Source of the DNA: a virus
Lineage: Duplodnaviria; Caudoviricetes
IMG/VR virus record: IMGVR_UViG_3300046352_000133
Coordinates: 1 to 57,253 of that record
Strand: one strand, 5' to 3'
DNA length: 57,253 bases
In this document: positions 8,638 to 19,985 of the stretch, one piece after another
How the letters are laid out: the number at the start of each line of letters is the position of its first letter
Numbering within the stretch: position 1 is the stretch's first letter
Made by a program: the position numbers and the translations under genes
The notes under the pieces: generated by a model
Seen by the model: the letters and a program-made list of their open reading frames with translations, nothing else
The model's database searches: none
What the model was told of the DNA's origin: nothing

Positions 8638-10674
8638 ATGGCAATCAAACCGTTGGATAAGAATTTTGGAAGTAATAACAAAAACATAAATTATGTTGGT
8701 AAAGATTTTGCTGCATTAAAGCAAAATCTTATTGATTACACCAAAACATATTTCCCAAACACATATTCAGATTTTAATGAAGCATCGCCAGGTATGGTGT
8801 TTGTTGAGCAAGCAGCTGCAATTGGAGATATACTTTCATTTTATCAAGATACACAATTAAAAGAATCTATATTATCATATGCTTCCGAAAAGAAGAATGT
8901 GATGGCATTGGCACAAAATATGGGATACAAACCAAAGGTAACATCACCTGCGGTTACAACCTTAACTGTATATCAAATAGTACCATCAATCAATAGTGGT
9001 AGTCTTAATGCACCAGATGAGAGATACCTTTTTAAAATAAAAGATGGAATGGAAGTTGAATCAACATCTAATTCAAACATTATTTTTAGAACAGTTGATA
9101 CTGTTGATTTTGCAAATACTACAAATAGAGATGTAGAAGTTTACGAAAGAGATACACAAACAGGAGCACCAACTAGGTATTTAGTAACTAAAACTGTAAA
9201 GGCGATTTCTGCAAAAGAAGTATCAACATCTATTACATTCTTAGATGATACCGATTACCCAACAGGAACTTTAACTGATACCAATATTATCGGTATATCA
9301 TCTGTTACTGATAATAATGGAAATGTTGTTTATTACGAAGTTCCATATTTGGCACAAGAAAGTATATTTGCTGAGCAATCTAATACAGATTACAATTCTG
9401 AATTATCTGAATATTCAAACACAGTTCCTTATATCTTAGAAGTAAAAACTGTTCCTTATAGATTTTCTGTAAAGGTAAACTCTGATAATACGGTGGATTT
9501 ACAATTTGGTAGTGGTGATACAAGATTAAATGATGAGCAAATATTACCAAATACAAAAAATGTAGGATTGGGATTAGCTAATTCAGTTCAACGATTAAAT
9601 CAAGGTATTGACCCATCCAATTTCTTAAAAACAAATACATTTGGTATAGCACCTATAAATACTTCTTTAATTGTAAAATATTTAGTTGGTGGTGGTATTG
9701 CATCAAATGTAAATAGTGGTGATTTAACTACAATTAGAAGAGTGGAATTTGAAGAAGACCTTTTATCTATTCCAGCTGATTTACTAAATTCATATAATGA
9801 TACTAAATCAACAATAGCAGTTGAGAACTTAGAACCCGCTATTGGCGGAAGAGGTGCAGAATCGATTGAAGAAATAAGACAGAATGCATTAGCAACATTT
9901 GGTTCTCAAAACAGAGCAGTAACTAGACAAGATTACATTGTAAGAGCATTGAGTATGCCAGAACGATATGGTAGTGTTGCAAAGGTACATGTTTCACCTG
10001 ATGGTGAGGTTGATGTAAATTCTCCCGCATCCATTCTTTCCAATCCAAAAAATATTACAGAATTCACAACAGAATTCGTAGGAGTAGTTGAAGGATTAAA
10101 AAACAAATCAAAAACAGAAATACAAAACGAATTAACAAACTATTTAAGAAAGAAAAAATCATCATTAACAGTTGATAATAACCCATTTGCTATCAATATG
10201 TATGTATTGGGTTATGATGTAAATAAGAATCTTTCAAACTTAAATAATGCAATCAAACAAAATCTTAAAACTTATTTAGGTGAGTATAGAATGCTAACCG
10301 ATGGCGTAAATATAATCGATGGTTTTGTAATAAACATTGGTTGTGATTTTGAAGTTATTTGTTATTCAAACTATAATAAAAGAGAAGTTCTTGCTAATTG
10401 TTTAGTAGCATTACAAAGTTACTTTAATATAGATAATTGGACATTCAACAAATCAATAAATATTTCAGAAATAGAATTGATATTGGCAAATGTAGAAGGT
10501 GTAATGAGTGTTCCATCTGTAAAGATTTCTAATCTATGTTGCACAGATAATTACTCAAATCATAGTTACAATATAGAGCAAGCAACCAAAGGTAAGATTG
10601 TATATCCATCTTTAGACCCTTGCGTTTTTGAAGTTAAATATCCAAATAAAGACATTAAAGGGAGGGCTATATAA
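8638..10674 (+). CDS. Baseplate wedge subunit, T4 gp6 / baseplate J-like
   Basis: YVGKDF..LKQNL, YSDFNEASPG, LSFYQD, MGYKP, LQFGSG, GGRGAESIEEIR and QNRAVTRQDY motifs. Confidence 0.9.
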   Translation: MAIKPLDKNFGSNNKNINYVGKDFAALKQNLIDYTKTYFPNTYSDFNEASPGMVFVEQAAAIGDILSFYQDTQLKESILSYASEKKNVMALAQNMGYKPKVTSPAVTTLTVYQIVPSINSGSLNAPDERYLFKIKDGMEVESTSNSNIIFRTVDTVDFANTTNRDVEVYERDTQTGAPTRYLVTKTVKAISAKEVSTSITFLDDTDYPTGTLTDTNIIGISSVTDNNGNVVYYEVPYLAQESIFAEQSNTDYNSELSEYSNTVPYILEVKTVPYRFSVKVNSDNTVDLQFGSGDTRLNDEQILPNTKNVGLGLANSVQRLNQGIDPSNFLKTNTFGIAPINTSLIVKYLVGGGIASNVNSGDLTTIRRVEFEEDLLSIPADLLNSYNDTKSTIAVENLEPAIGGRGAESIEEIRQNALATFGSQNRAVTRQDYIVRALSMPERYGSVAKVHVSPDGEVDVNSPASILSNPKNITEFTTEFVGVVEGLKNKSKTEIQNELTNYLRKKKSSLTVDNNPFAINMYVLGYDVNKNLSNLNNAIKQNLKTYLGEYRMLTDGVNIIDGFVINIGCDFEVICYSNYNKREVLANCLVALQSYFNIDNWTFNKSINISEIELILANVEGVMSVPSVKISNLCCTDNYSNHSYNIEQATKGKIVYPSLDPCVFEVKYPNKDIKGRAI

Positions 10675-11750
10675 TGCATAAATTTTATACATCATCATAC
10701 GATGCGAGTATCTACTTACAACAACCAGACCAAAATGCGGGTAGAGATGAGATATTAGAGGTTGGTAAATTATATTATGGAACTATGAAAGATATTTATA
10801 GAACCTTAATAAAATTTGATGTATCTACTTTGGAAACTGGTAGTGGATGGAAAGCATATTTAAATTTAAAAGCAGCTAACTCAGAAGAATTACCTTTAGA
10901 ATATACAATATATGCAAATGCTCTTTCTTCAAGTTGGAGTATGGGAACTGGTACTAAATTTGATAATATAACATCGGATGGTGTTAGTTGGAAATATAGA
11001 GATGGTGAAACAAAATGGGTTGGATACGATACAACGGGAGGAACTGCGGTTTATCCTACAACGGGAAATACAACAACGGGTTCAGCAAATGCTGAGGGTG
11101 GTGTATGGTATTTAAGTGGTTCATCATCCCAATCATTTAATTATGAAAGTGATGATATTAGAATGGATGTAACCAATATGGTAAATATATGGTTAAGTGG
11201 TTCGATTTCTAATAACGGTTTGGTTATTCATCATAGTTTGAGTGCAGAAAATGATACATTGGATTATGGTGTTCTTAAATTCTTTTCAAAAGAAACTAAT
11301 ACAATATATCAACCCAAATTAGAAATTGTATGGGATGATAGTTCTATCGTTACAGGTAGTTTAGCACCTGTTACGGGTTCAGCGGAAGACGGATATAAAG
11401 TTATTGTTACAAACTTAAAGACACAATACGAAGTAAATACAAAAGTAAAGGTTAGAGTAAAAGGTAGGGATAAGTATCCATCTAAATTATTTGCAACTAC
11501 ATTCGCATATGACCAATCTAAATATTTACCATCTGGTTCAACATATTACCAATTAGAAGATTATACTACGCAAGAAATTATATTCCCATTTGGAAATTAT
11601 ACAAAGGTTAGTTGTGATTCAACTTCGAATTACTTTATAATGGATTTATCAACATTGCCTATAAACAGAACATACTTACTAAAATTAAAAATAGTTGAAG
11701 GTGGTATTTCTACTATAATAGATGATAAATTAAAATTTGAAATAATATAA
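10674..11750 (+). CDS. Virion structural protein (DNRLRE-like beta domain)
   Basis: DASIY...NAGRDEILEV, RTLIKFD, DVTNMVNIWL..SNNGL and FFSKETNTIYQPKLEI pattern; located in the baseplate operon. Confidence 0.6.
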   Translation: MHKFYTSSYDASIYLQQPDQNAGRDEILEVGKLYYGTMKDIYRTLIKFDVSTLETGSGWKAYLNLKAANSEELPLEYTIYANALSSSWSMGTGTKFDNITSDGVSWKYRDGETKWVGYDTTGGTAVYPTTGNTTTGSANAEGGVWYLSGSSSQSFNYESDDIRMDVTNMVNIWLSGSISNNGLVIHHSLSAENDTLDYGVLKFFSKETNTIYQPKLEIVWDDSSIVTGSLAPVTGSAEDGYKVIVTNLKTQYEVNTKVKVRVKGRDKYPSKLFATTFAYDQSKYLPSGSTYYQLEDYTTQEIIFPFGNYTKVSCDSTSNYFIMDLSTLPINRTYLLKLKIVEGGISTIIDDKLKFEII

Positions 11751-12889
11751 TGACATCATTAGAAGCAATTGCGGAAAAGTTAGCAGATAAACGAAAAAAA
11801 GATTTAGAATCTATTTTAAGTATATCCGGTTCTTCTGCTATTTCAAAAAACAATTATGGAGTAACAATTGTAGATGAGCAAAATATTGCATCATCTTTGA
11901 TATTCAAATCCCTAACCAAAGTAAAACAAGATGATGTAGAATTGGTTAAAGCAGTTGATGTTGTGGTTAAAGAATTAAAACCAAACATACCAATTCCTAA
12001 TTTAGATTTAGTTCCAAAACCATTATATACAGAGCAAGTTACAATAAATGAAGATTTAAGAAAACAAGTTGCTGATTTAAATATAGAGGTAACCGATTTA
12101 ACTGGACAAGTTACTACATTAAAATCAGAAGTTAAAACTCAAATAAATAACAGATTAAACATAGAGCAAACAAACGATGCTCTTGTAAATCAAACCGAAT
12201 CACTTATAAAAGTAGTTGGTGATTTTTCAACACAGATACAGAATGCGGTTCAAAAATCAGTTGATGAATCTATTTTAAGAGCATCCTTACAAGCACAGAA
12301 CACAGGTTTCAAAGCACAGATAAATGCGTTAATTAAACAAATCGATTCATTAAACGCAATCATTGAAGGTTTGCAATCCCAATTAGGGGCAGTTCAACAA
12401 CAACAAGCAATTCAACAATCAACTGCGGCAAATGCAGCAGCAGCGGGTGCAGATGCTTTTGTAAATGCAGTTATTGTTAAATTTGAAGGTGAGAGTCAAT
12501 GGACTAAACAAACGACAGGTTTATTTGCGTATGTAAATGCAAAAACATATGAAAGTAAATGGATGAGAAATGGAACTCTTAAACTCACAAATAATGATAA
12601 ATCATCTGTTAAAATAAATATGGTATTTAAATCTGCAAATAGTTGGAATTGGTTAGTTATACCTAAAAATAATTTTGATTTAGCAGCAGGTGGTAGTGAT
12701 GATATTGTATTTGGTATAAATTCAAGAGCAGTTCCAGAAAGAGCCGAAGCTACATCTAAACTTTTCGGTTGGGGTGGTAGTACGGAGTATCAAGGAACAT
12801 TAAAATTAACTATAACAAAAGCAGACGGAACAAGTCAATCAAAAGATTATCCCGCTGGTTTCCAAAAAACTGCACCTGGTAGCTATTAA
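11750..12889 (+). CDS. Coiled-coil virion protein with C-terminal beta domain
   Basis: Long heptad Q/L/N-rich region, QQQQ/AAAA linker, beta-rich C-terminus. Confidence 0.65.
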   Translation: MTSLEAIAEKLADKRKKDLESILSISGSSAISKNNYGVTIVDEQNIASSLIFKSLTKVKQDDVELVKAVDVVVKELKPNIPIPNLDLVPKPLYTEQVTINEDLRKQVADLNIEVTDLTGQVTTLKSEVKTQINNRLNIEQTNDALVNQTESLIKVVGDFSTQIQNAVQKSVDESILRASLQAQNTGFKAQINALIKQIDSLNAIIEGLQSQLGAVQQQQAIQQSTAANAAAAGADAFVNAVIVKFEGESQWTKQTTGLFAYVNAKTYESKWMRNGTLKLTNNDKSSVKINMVFKSANSWNWLVIPKNNFDLAAGGSDDIVFGINSRAVPERAEATSKLFGWGGSTEYQGTLKLTITKADGTSQSKDYPAGFQKTAPGSY

Positions 12890-12894
12890 AAAAT

Positions 12895-14223
12895 ATGGCA
12901 ATTAAAAAATATACAAATTTTGATGCAGTAAATGCAAAAACTACGAATGAAGGTAAATACCTACAATCGGAAGACTTGTTTATTGTATCCAAAAACGAAA
13001 TAGAAGATACTGATTTTGGTGATTGTAAGTATGATGTAATGGAAGTATCTGTATATGATATAAACAATAACTTATTGCCTCATAAAAGTGGTAAAAATGT
13101 TGAGAATGTTAAATATCAACATATTGGAGAGTATTTACATTCTATGACAAACAAAGGAGGCCAGAAAGAAATTGCTATTGATGCTGAAAAGTTATTAAAC
13201 GATTTAGGTTTTACAAATGGTGTTCTTAAATTGAATATAAACTTTGTCCGTCAGAGAGTTGGTTCAGATAATGAATTACAGAGAGTTTGGATACAAGAAA
13301 TATCACCATCGAGAGAAGAGATTAGAGTTGTTCCTTTAAAAACAAAAGATAATAATATAAATGGAATTGTAAATAGAGAATTTAAAAATTTAGATAATCT
13401 TACAAAGGATTTTAAATACTATAAGAAAAATATATTAGATTCATTAGATTCATTCGAATTTAATTTTTTAACTACAATAGATGATGCTTTGGTTGCTAAA
13501 TTTGGAAACGATTTTAGAGCAACAGTTAGAAAAGATTTTGGTTTAAGAGATTTAGATGCTTTCAATAAAAGAGTATTTGAAAATTTTAGAGATAGTGTAA
13601 AAAATTGGGTAAATAACAGATATTATGATGTATCACAATCTAATTTTGGAGCAGCATCTGAAATAAGATTTGATGATTGTGAGCAATATCCATTTGCAGG
13701 ATTATTAAATGAAATACAAAATATATTAAATAACTGTATTGCATTTAATATAAAATCATTAAAAAGAAGAAGTGTAAATTATACACAGATTCCAAAGGAG
13801 TTTGGTATAGTTGAATTGAGAAAACAAATACAAGATAATTTAGATTCATTCCAAACAAGATTAGATATTAAAAAGAATGTGTATTCACCTGGTGCAGCAG
13901 CTGCTACGGTAAGTGGAACTCAACTTTTACCACCAATTACAACCGTTATAGAAGTACCAATTGCAGTAGACCCACCAATAACTCCAATTATTAAAAAACC
14001 AATAGAAAAAGTACAGGTACAAGAACCCAAAACTCCACCTGTAAAAGTTGCACCACCAAATGTAGAACCTGCACCGGTTATAGAACAACCGTTTATAGGT
14101 GGAGGTAGTTCTACTAAATATATACCTGTGGGATTAGATGGGACAACTAACTATTACAACGGGTTTGATACCAGAGGATTTGAAAATTTGGATACCGATA
14201 TAACAGGTAGAGATTTTGGATAA
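12895..14223 (+). CDS. Putative virion structural protein with Pro-rich C-terminal tail
   Basis: WIQEISPSREEIRV motif; located in the structural operon. Confidence 0.6.
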   Translation: MAIKKYTNFDAVNAKTTNEGKYLQSEDLFIVSKNEIEDTDFGDCKYDVMEVSVYDINNNLLPHKSGKNVENVKYQHIGEYLHSMTNKGGQKEIAIDAEKLLNDLGFTNGVLKLNINFVRQRVGSDNELQRVWIQEISPSREEIRVVPLKTKDNNINGIVNREFKNLDNLTKDFKYYKKNILDSLDSFEFNFLTTIDDALVAKFGNDFRATVRKDFGLRDLDAFNKRVFENFRDSVKNWVNNRYYDVSQSNFGAASEIRFDDCEQYPFAGLLNEIQNILNNCIAFNIKSLKRRSVNYTQIPKEFGIVELRKQIQDNLDSFQTRLDIKKNVYSPGAAAATVSGTQLLPPITTVIEVPIAVDPPITPIIKKPIEKVQVQEPKTPPVKVAPPNVEPAPVIEQPFIGGGSSTKYIPVGLDGTTNYYNGFDTRGFENLDTDITGRDFG

Positions 14224-14227
14224 TACC

Positions 14228-14235
14228 ATATTTAT
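14228..14235 (+). promoter_or_regulatory. Putative late-promoter motif ATATTTAT
   Basis: Intergenic, 21 nt before ATG 14257. Confidence 0.6.
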
Positions 14236-14256
14236 ATTAAAACAACATAATAATTA

Positions 14257-17200
14257 ATGTCAGCACCGAGAGAGATAGGGTATAATGAAAGTGGTAACTC
14301 ACCAATGAACGATTCAGCTGCATTTCAGGCATCATTTGATGGTGGCGGAGGTGGAGGAGGAAATCCAATTTCTGCAACGCCAAATCCTGTAATACCAATC
14401 ATACCATATGTTCCACCATTAGAACAAAGTCCTTTAAAGATTTTTTTAACAACAAAGGATGGTTCTGCGGTAGAGTTTTTTGAAGATAGTAAATCAAAAG
14501 GTATTGGTGATAATATAACAGTAACACACAACCCATCTACTGCGTTTGGTTCAAGAAGAGAATATACTGCCAGTATAAATGGTGGAAAAATACTTTCTAA
14601 ATTTATAGTTTCTATCATTAATTTTGATTCTTTCAATTACGATGGAAGTGCTAGATACACCGAAGGTATTAGAATAATTGAATATAAATGGGAAAACGAC
14701 CAATGGGCTGAACAACAATTTCCACGTACATTTAATTTTACAGCAGGAACTATAACATTAAATTTCGGTGTTGAAAAAACAAAGGTATCAGAACCACAAC
14801 CTGCGCCTACACCATCAAAGCCAACAACGGCAATTGTATCAAATCCAAATCCAAACTCACAATACGAAGTATCATTTGGTAGTAATCTAAATGGAGAGTT
14901 AGGAAATTCTTTAAATTTGGTTTACAATATATTCTATGGAACTAATATAGTTTCAAGTGGGATATTGGGATTAGGGCAAAATAAAATAGAAGAATTATCC
15001 GATGAAGTTTTATTAAATTCAACTGTAAACTTTTCCGTAGAGGGTAATTTACCAGATGGTATATCAATAGAACAAATATATGGTGGTTTATCATCTCAAT
15101 TATTGGGTGGTGATTTTTCAAAATTAGAAAAGTTTCCATATGCGTTTAGTGTTCCTGCATCTAGATTAAAAAGTTCATTTGTAGTAGTAGTAGATGCTGC
15201 AAAAGAAATCAAATTTGCAGAACCAAAAGTATTTTTACCTCAAACTCAATTTAATATCGGTGTAAAAGAATCCGATTTAGAAAGAGAAGTAAGCATTCCA
15301 TTTAACACAGAATCAGCTGATAGTGTATTAGTTTATACATCAACTGATAAATTTATAGAAATCCCTGCATCTAATGGTAGAGTTTCATTATTTTTTCAAA
15401 AAGATTTTAATGAAATATACGGAACTAAAAAAGTAATATTAGTTGCTCAGAGTAATAATTTTGGAACTGGCCAAAAAGCAGAAGCACTTATTACATTTAC
15501 TGCAATAAATGATTATCCATCATTAACAGAGGTAACGTTTGCAGATGCAATAGATGTTCCATCATTCTCTGATTTTAATATTGGGTTTGATGTTAAATGG
15601 AATTCATTTGCAACAACGAGTGTAGATATTTACTTAAAATTAAAAGATGGTTCGTATGTTTTATTATTTGGTAATCAATCTTCAAATGGTGGAATATTAA
15701 TAAACCTAAAAACTTTAAGAGAAAAATATCCTAATTGGGAAGGTAGTGATAATGTAACATTAAAATTAAAACCATTTAATAGAGGTGGTGTAGAAGAATT
15801 GGTTGGTAATGATTATGAAGTTGTTACTAAATTAACTCTACCAACTTTGTATTTAGATGATGATATATTAAAAAGTGCATTGTTTCAAGCATTTGGTGAA
15901 AAATTAAGTGTAATAGAACCAGAACCAAATAGTAAGTATCTAACACATCTTGCTAACTTTGGAAATAACGAGCAAATTTTAATTTCATCTTGGGAAAATG
16001 ATAATTGGTCATTATCTAAAAAATCGGTTGATAATTTAGGAAACGAATTTGTTAAAGATACTGATAAAGTAGAATCTGTAATATTAAAATTATACTCTCC
16101 TTTAAATGCGGAGATAATAAACAATTCTACATTTTGGATTACTAGATTAATGAGTAACCCATTAATTGAAACTGTTGTTTTAACAGAACAAGCTGATATA
16201 TTATGTCCTCCATTAAAAGGACCTAATTTTGCAGCTGATATAGATTTCACAACAGGTCAATCAACTAATTACGAATCATTAGATAATTTGATATTATCTG
16301 CATCCGTATCAACTTCTTCTACATTAGTTAGTACATATTTAAGTGCATCTTTAATAGATACAACACCATTAAATATAGAATATACGGATGGTTCAACATA
16401 TTTATGGGATAATTTTGTTCATTTTAGTTCTGCAAAAGAAAGAGTAGATAATTTTGCATATAAAGTTCAATTGATTGAAACATATGAAAATTTATATGTA
16501 AGTGCATCTGCAAGTGGTTCACATAACCAATCGGTAGCTGCTTCAAATGAGAGAGAAAGGCAATTATTAAAGAAAAACCAATTAATAAATAATTTTGATG
16601 GGTTTGAAAAGTTTTTATATACATCTTCTTCAATGTCTTGGCCGTATAGTGGTGGTAATAGATTATCATCTACAAACCCCACCGTATCCAATTGGTATGA
16701 TGATGTAATATCATTAGCAGAAGTATTTGATACAGAAAACCCCAACTTTGTTCAAAATAATATACCACAATATATTGTAAATAATACCGATAATCAAAGT
16801 TTATTGTTATTCTTTGCAATGGTTGGGCAACATTTTGACAACATCTACTATCACACAAAAGCAATTGAAAAAAGTAGAGGTTTAGGGTATAAATCAAAAG
16901 ATGGTATATCAGATAAACTATTATTTGAAGCATTAAAATCATTCGGTTGGGATGCTAAAAGTTTAGCATCGGATACTAAATTATGGTCTTATGTATTTGA
17001 AAATCAAAATAATGAAACAGAATTAAATCCTGCAAAACAAAGAACATATGCAGTTTGGAAAAGAATTATAAACAACTTACCTTATTTATTAAAACATAAG
17101 GGAACAAGAAGAGGGGTTTATGCTTTAATGAGTTGTTATGGCATCCCATCATCTAATCTTAGTATTTTAGAATTTGGTGGACCAGAAATAACTACTGATA

Positions 17201-19305
17201 CCCAAACAAAAAGTAAGTTAGTAATGTCAAATATTACAACTGCTCTTAAATTTAATAATACCGCATCAATTTCTATGGATTGGAAAGACACTGAAAGAAG
17301 TAGAAGACCAGATACCATTGAATTTTTTGTAAAACCTACAACAAGTGGTATATACACTTTAATTTCAGGTAATGGTTGGGATGTAAAATTAAGTGGTTCT
17401 GTTGATAATAATTATGGTCGTGTAATATTTAATTATTCCGGCTCAAATTCAATTACTTCTTCTATATTACCAATATTTAATGGTTCATTCTTTGGTGTAT
17501 CGGTAAGTAGAGAAGTTAGTGGTAGTTTACATAATTTTGAATTAAATGTTAGACAAGCAAATAAAGAAAGAACTTTATTTCAAAATAGTATATCTGCAAG
17601 TGTTGCAAGTAGTAGTTCTAATTGGAATAGTGGTTCTTTAATTACATTAGGTGGAAATTTTGTAGGTAGTATAGATGAATTCCGTTTATGGTCTACTCCA
17701 TTGGATAAAGAAAGATTTTATGAGCATGTTTCATTTCCTGAAATGATAAATGGTAATCATATTTCATCTTCAACGGATGATTTGTATTTCCGTTTAGATT
17801 TTGAATATCCAAAAAATTTATATGCAACCGCTTCTTTAATAAATGTTGATACAAATATTTATTTTGAAAGTGGATATACTAGAAATGATTATGAAAGTGG
17901 TTCGTTGATACAATTAAAATCTACTAACACATCACCATTGTTATATGCTAGTGCAAGTGGATTTGCAGATATTGATACATACCCACATCAATTTGAAGCA
18001 ATTGATAGAAGTTTTGTTCTAGAAGTGCCAGATTTAGGTTCAGGTAGATATTCGACTAATAAAGTTAGATTTGAATCACAAGAGTTAGTTTCCGATTTAT
18101 CATCAAAACATCGTTCAACTGTTAAAGCATATGATAAATCCCCAACAGATTCAAATAGAGTTGGTTTATTCTTTTCACCTACAAAAGAATTAAATTTTGA
18201 TATTGCTAAATCATTTGGTGGAATCAATTTAGATAATTATATTGGTAATCCTGCTGACATTTATAAATCAAATTATTCAAAATTAGATGGTTTAAGAAAA
18301 TATTATTTTAAAAGATTTAATAATAGAGATATTTATGAGTACATTAACTTAATCAAACTATATGAGAAATCTATGTTTGAAGATATTAAGAAGATGTTAC
18401 CTGCAAGAGTTAAAGCAACTACTGGTTTATTAATTGAACCACATATTTTAGAAAGAAGTAAAATTGCTTATAAAAGACCATCGGGAGAAGATTATCAACA
18501 AGAAGTAAATATTAATTATTCGGATACAACTGTAATGACATCCGAAAACAACCAATACGATGCATTTGTAGATGCTGATATGGGTGGTATTTTAACTGCT
18601 GAAAACAATCAATACGATGCTTTAATTACAACTGCATCCGTTGAAACTGTAATTGCAGAAAATTATCAACAAGAATCTATAATAGATGCTAATTCTAATT
18701 TTATTTTAGAAACGGATTATTATCAAAAAGAAGTTGTAATTGATGCAGGATTGGGTGAACCTACAATACTAACTGAAATTTCATTGGGTATTGAAACATA
18801 CGGTCAAACTGATTACGAAACAATTGGATTTGGTTTATATGCACAAAGTGGTTCAGCAATTAGAACATATTTTGATAAAGGTAATAGAGTAGTTAAAGAA
18901 AGAGTAAGAGTTAATTTAGTAACAGAAGAAAAAACAAAATTAGTAGATAAATTTAATGTTGTAATTAACGGCCAAGGAGACCCACGTGGTGGATTTTATA
19001 TTGGAACACAGACATATACTGAAACTAAATTAAATATTCAACCATTTAGTGGTTCATCTATACCAGTTGTTAAAGGTAATATAATTGATGTTAAACCTTT
19101 AAATGGATATTTATCTACTCACAATAAATTTACTTCTGATTTAACGAGAGGATTACAAAATTCTTTTTATAAAGGTTCTAAGAATACGGCAGCAACTACA
19201 TTAGATGGAACTCCACCTATTGAAACATTTACTTCAAACCCTAATACATTAAAAGTAAATAAAGCAGGTAGAACGGCAAATGAACCAATTTTGGAAGTTG
19301 AGTAA
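14257..19305 (+). CDS. Large baseplate/tail structural protein (1682 aa) with a tail-protein-I/gp7-like segment and a LamG-like domain
   Basis: NLPYLLKHKGTRRGV..LMSCYGI (P2 tail protein I-like); F.GSIDEFRLW LamG signature; IKKMLPARV; ~19-aa ENNQYDA repeats near the C-terminus. Confidence 0.7.
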   Translation: MSAPREIGYNESGNSPMNDSAAFQASFDGGGGGGGNPISATPNPVIPIIPYVPPLEQSPLKIFLTTKDGSAVEFFEDSKSKGIGDNITVTHNPSTAFGSRREYTASINGGKILSKFIVSIINFDSFNYDGSARYTEGIRIIEYKWENDQWAEQQFPRTFNFTAGTITLNFGVEKTKVSEPQPAPTPSKPTTAIVSNPNPNSQYEVSFGSNLNGELGNSLNLVYNIFYGTNIVSSGILGLGQNKIEELSDEVLLNSTVNFSVEGNLPDGISIEQIYGGLSSQLLGGDFSKLEKFPYAFSVPASRLKSSFVVVVDAAKEIKFAEPKVFLPQTQFNIGVKESDLEREVSIPFNTESADSVLVYTSTDKFIEIPASNGRVSLFFQKDFNEIYGTKKVILVAQSNNFGTGQKAEALITFTAINDYPSLTEVTFADAIDVPSFSDFNIGFDVKWNSFATTSVDIYLKLKDGSYVLLFGNQSSNGGILINLKTLREKYPNWEGSDNVTLKLKPFNRGGVEELVGNDYEVVTKLTLPTLYLDDDILKSALFQAFGEKLSVIEPEPNSKYLTHLANFGNNEQILISSWENDNWSLSKKSVDNLGNEFVKDTDKVESVILKLYSPLNAEIINNSTFWITRLMSNPLIETVVLTEQADILCPPLKGPNFAADIDFTTGQSTNYESLDNLILSASVSTSSTLVSTYLSASLIDTTPLNIEYTDGSTYLWDNFVHFSSAKERVDNFAYKVQLIETYENLYVSASASGSHNQSVAASNERERQLLKKNQLINNFDGFEKFLYTSSSMSWPYSGGNRLSSTNPTVSNWYDDVISLAEVFDTENPNFVQNNIPQYIVNNTDNQSLLLFFAMVGQHFDNIYYHTKAIEKSRGLGYKSKDGISDKLLFEALKSFGWDAKSLASDTKLWSYVFENQNNETELNPAKQRTYAVWKRIINNLPYLLKHKGTRRGVYALMSCYGIPSSNLSILEFGGPEITTDTQTKSKLVMSNITTALKFNNTASISMDWKDTERSRRPDTIEFFVKPTTSGIYTLISGNGWDVKLSGSVDNNYGRVIFNYSGSNSITSSILPIFNGSFFGVSVSREVSGSLHNFELNVRQANKERTLFQNSISASVASSSSNWNSGSLITLGGNFVGSIDEFRLWSTPLDKERFYEHVSFPEMINGNHISSSTDDLYFRLDFEYPKNLYATASLINVDTNIYFESGYTRNDYESGSLIQLKSTNTSPLLYASASGFADIDTYPHQFEAIDRSFVLEVPDLGSGRYSTNKVRFESQELVSDLSSKHRSTVKAYDKSPTDSNRVGLFFSPTKELNFDIAKSFGGINLDNYIGNPADIYKSNYSKLDGLRKYYFKRFNNRDIYEYINLIKLYEKSMFEDIKKMLPARVKATTGLLIEPHILERSKIAYKRPSGEDYQQEVNINYSDTTVMTSENNQYDAFVDADMGGILTAENNQYDALITTASVETVIAENYQQESIIDANSNFILETDYYQKEVVIDAGLGEPTILTEISLGIETYGQTDYETIGFGLYAQSGSAIRTYFDKGNRVVKERVRVNLVTEEKTKLVDKFNVVINGQGDPRGGFYIGTQTYTETKLNIQPFSGSSIPVVKGNIIDVKPLNGYLSTHNKFTSDLTRGLQNSFYKGSKNTAATTLDGTPPIETFTSNPNTLKVNKAGRTANEPILEVE

Positions 19306-19322
19306 TAATTTTTATAAAAACT

Positions 19323-19330
19323 ATATTTAT
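19323..19330 (+). promoter_or_regulatory. Putative late-promoter motif ATATTTAT
   Basis: Intergenic, 23 nt before ATG 19354. Confidence 0.6.
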
Positions 19331-19353
19331 TAACAAACGAATTAATAAACACT

Positions 19354-19977
19354 ATGGGATATTTAAGTAATGCCGAATTAACGGTAGATGCAATTCTTAC
19401 AAAAAAAGGTAGAGAAAAACTTGCAGCAGGTCAAGGATTAAACATTACTCAATTTGCATTAGCAGATGATGAGATTGATTATTCATTATATGAGCCAGCT
19501 CATCCACTTGGTTCTGCTTACTATGATGCGGCAATTAAAAATATGCCAGTATTAGAAGCAAATCCTGATGAAACGCAGGTAATGAAATATAAATTGGTAA
19601 CACTTCCAAAGAATACAACTCGTATTCCTGTGGTAGAATTTGGTATTCCAAATGTATCAGTTAATCAAAAGAGTGGTGAAGTTGCTTTATCACCAACAAC
19701 ATCTCCAGCAGGAAACAGAAGTTTAGGATACACTATTGTATTATCTAACAAAAATGCAGGAGATATTGTAGGAGAAGGTGTAACATCCGATGTAGGTTCA
19801 GTACCAATCTTTATAGGAGATGATGTATCTGCAACTGCAGCAATCGCAAAAGGATTAACATTCAAATTTATTCCAAACCCATCTTTAACTTCAACTATCA
19901 AAACTACAATTACAGTTTATGGTAACGAAACAGGTGGTTCACAAACGATTCCAGTAACCGTAACATACGTTCAATAA
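19354..19977 (+). CDS. Virion structural protein (baseplate / tail-collar-like N-terminus)
   Basis: VDAILTKKGREKLA...ITQFALADDEIDY motif; structural context. Confidence 0.65.
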   Translation: MGYLSNAELTVDAILTKKGREKLAAGQGLNITQFALADDEIDYSLYEPAHPLGSAYYDAAIKNMPVLEANPDETQVMKYKLVTLPKNTTRIPVVEFGIPNVSVNQKSGEVALSPTTSPAGNRSLGYTIVLSNKNAGDIVGEGVTSDVGSVPIFIGDDVSATAAIAKGLTFKFIPNPSLTSTIKTTITVYGNETGGSQTIPVTVTYVQ

Positions 19978-19985
19978 GATAGACA

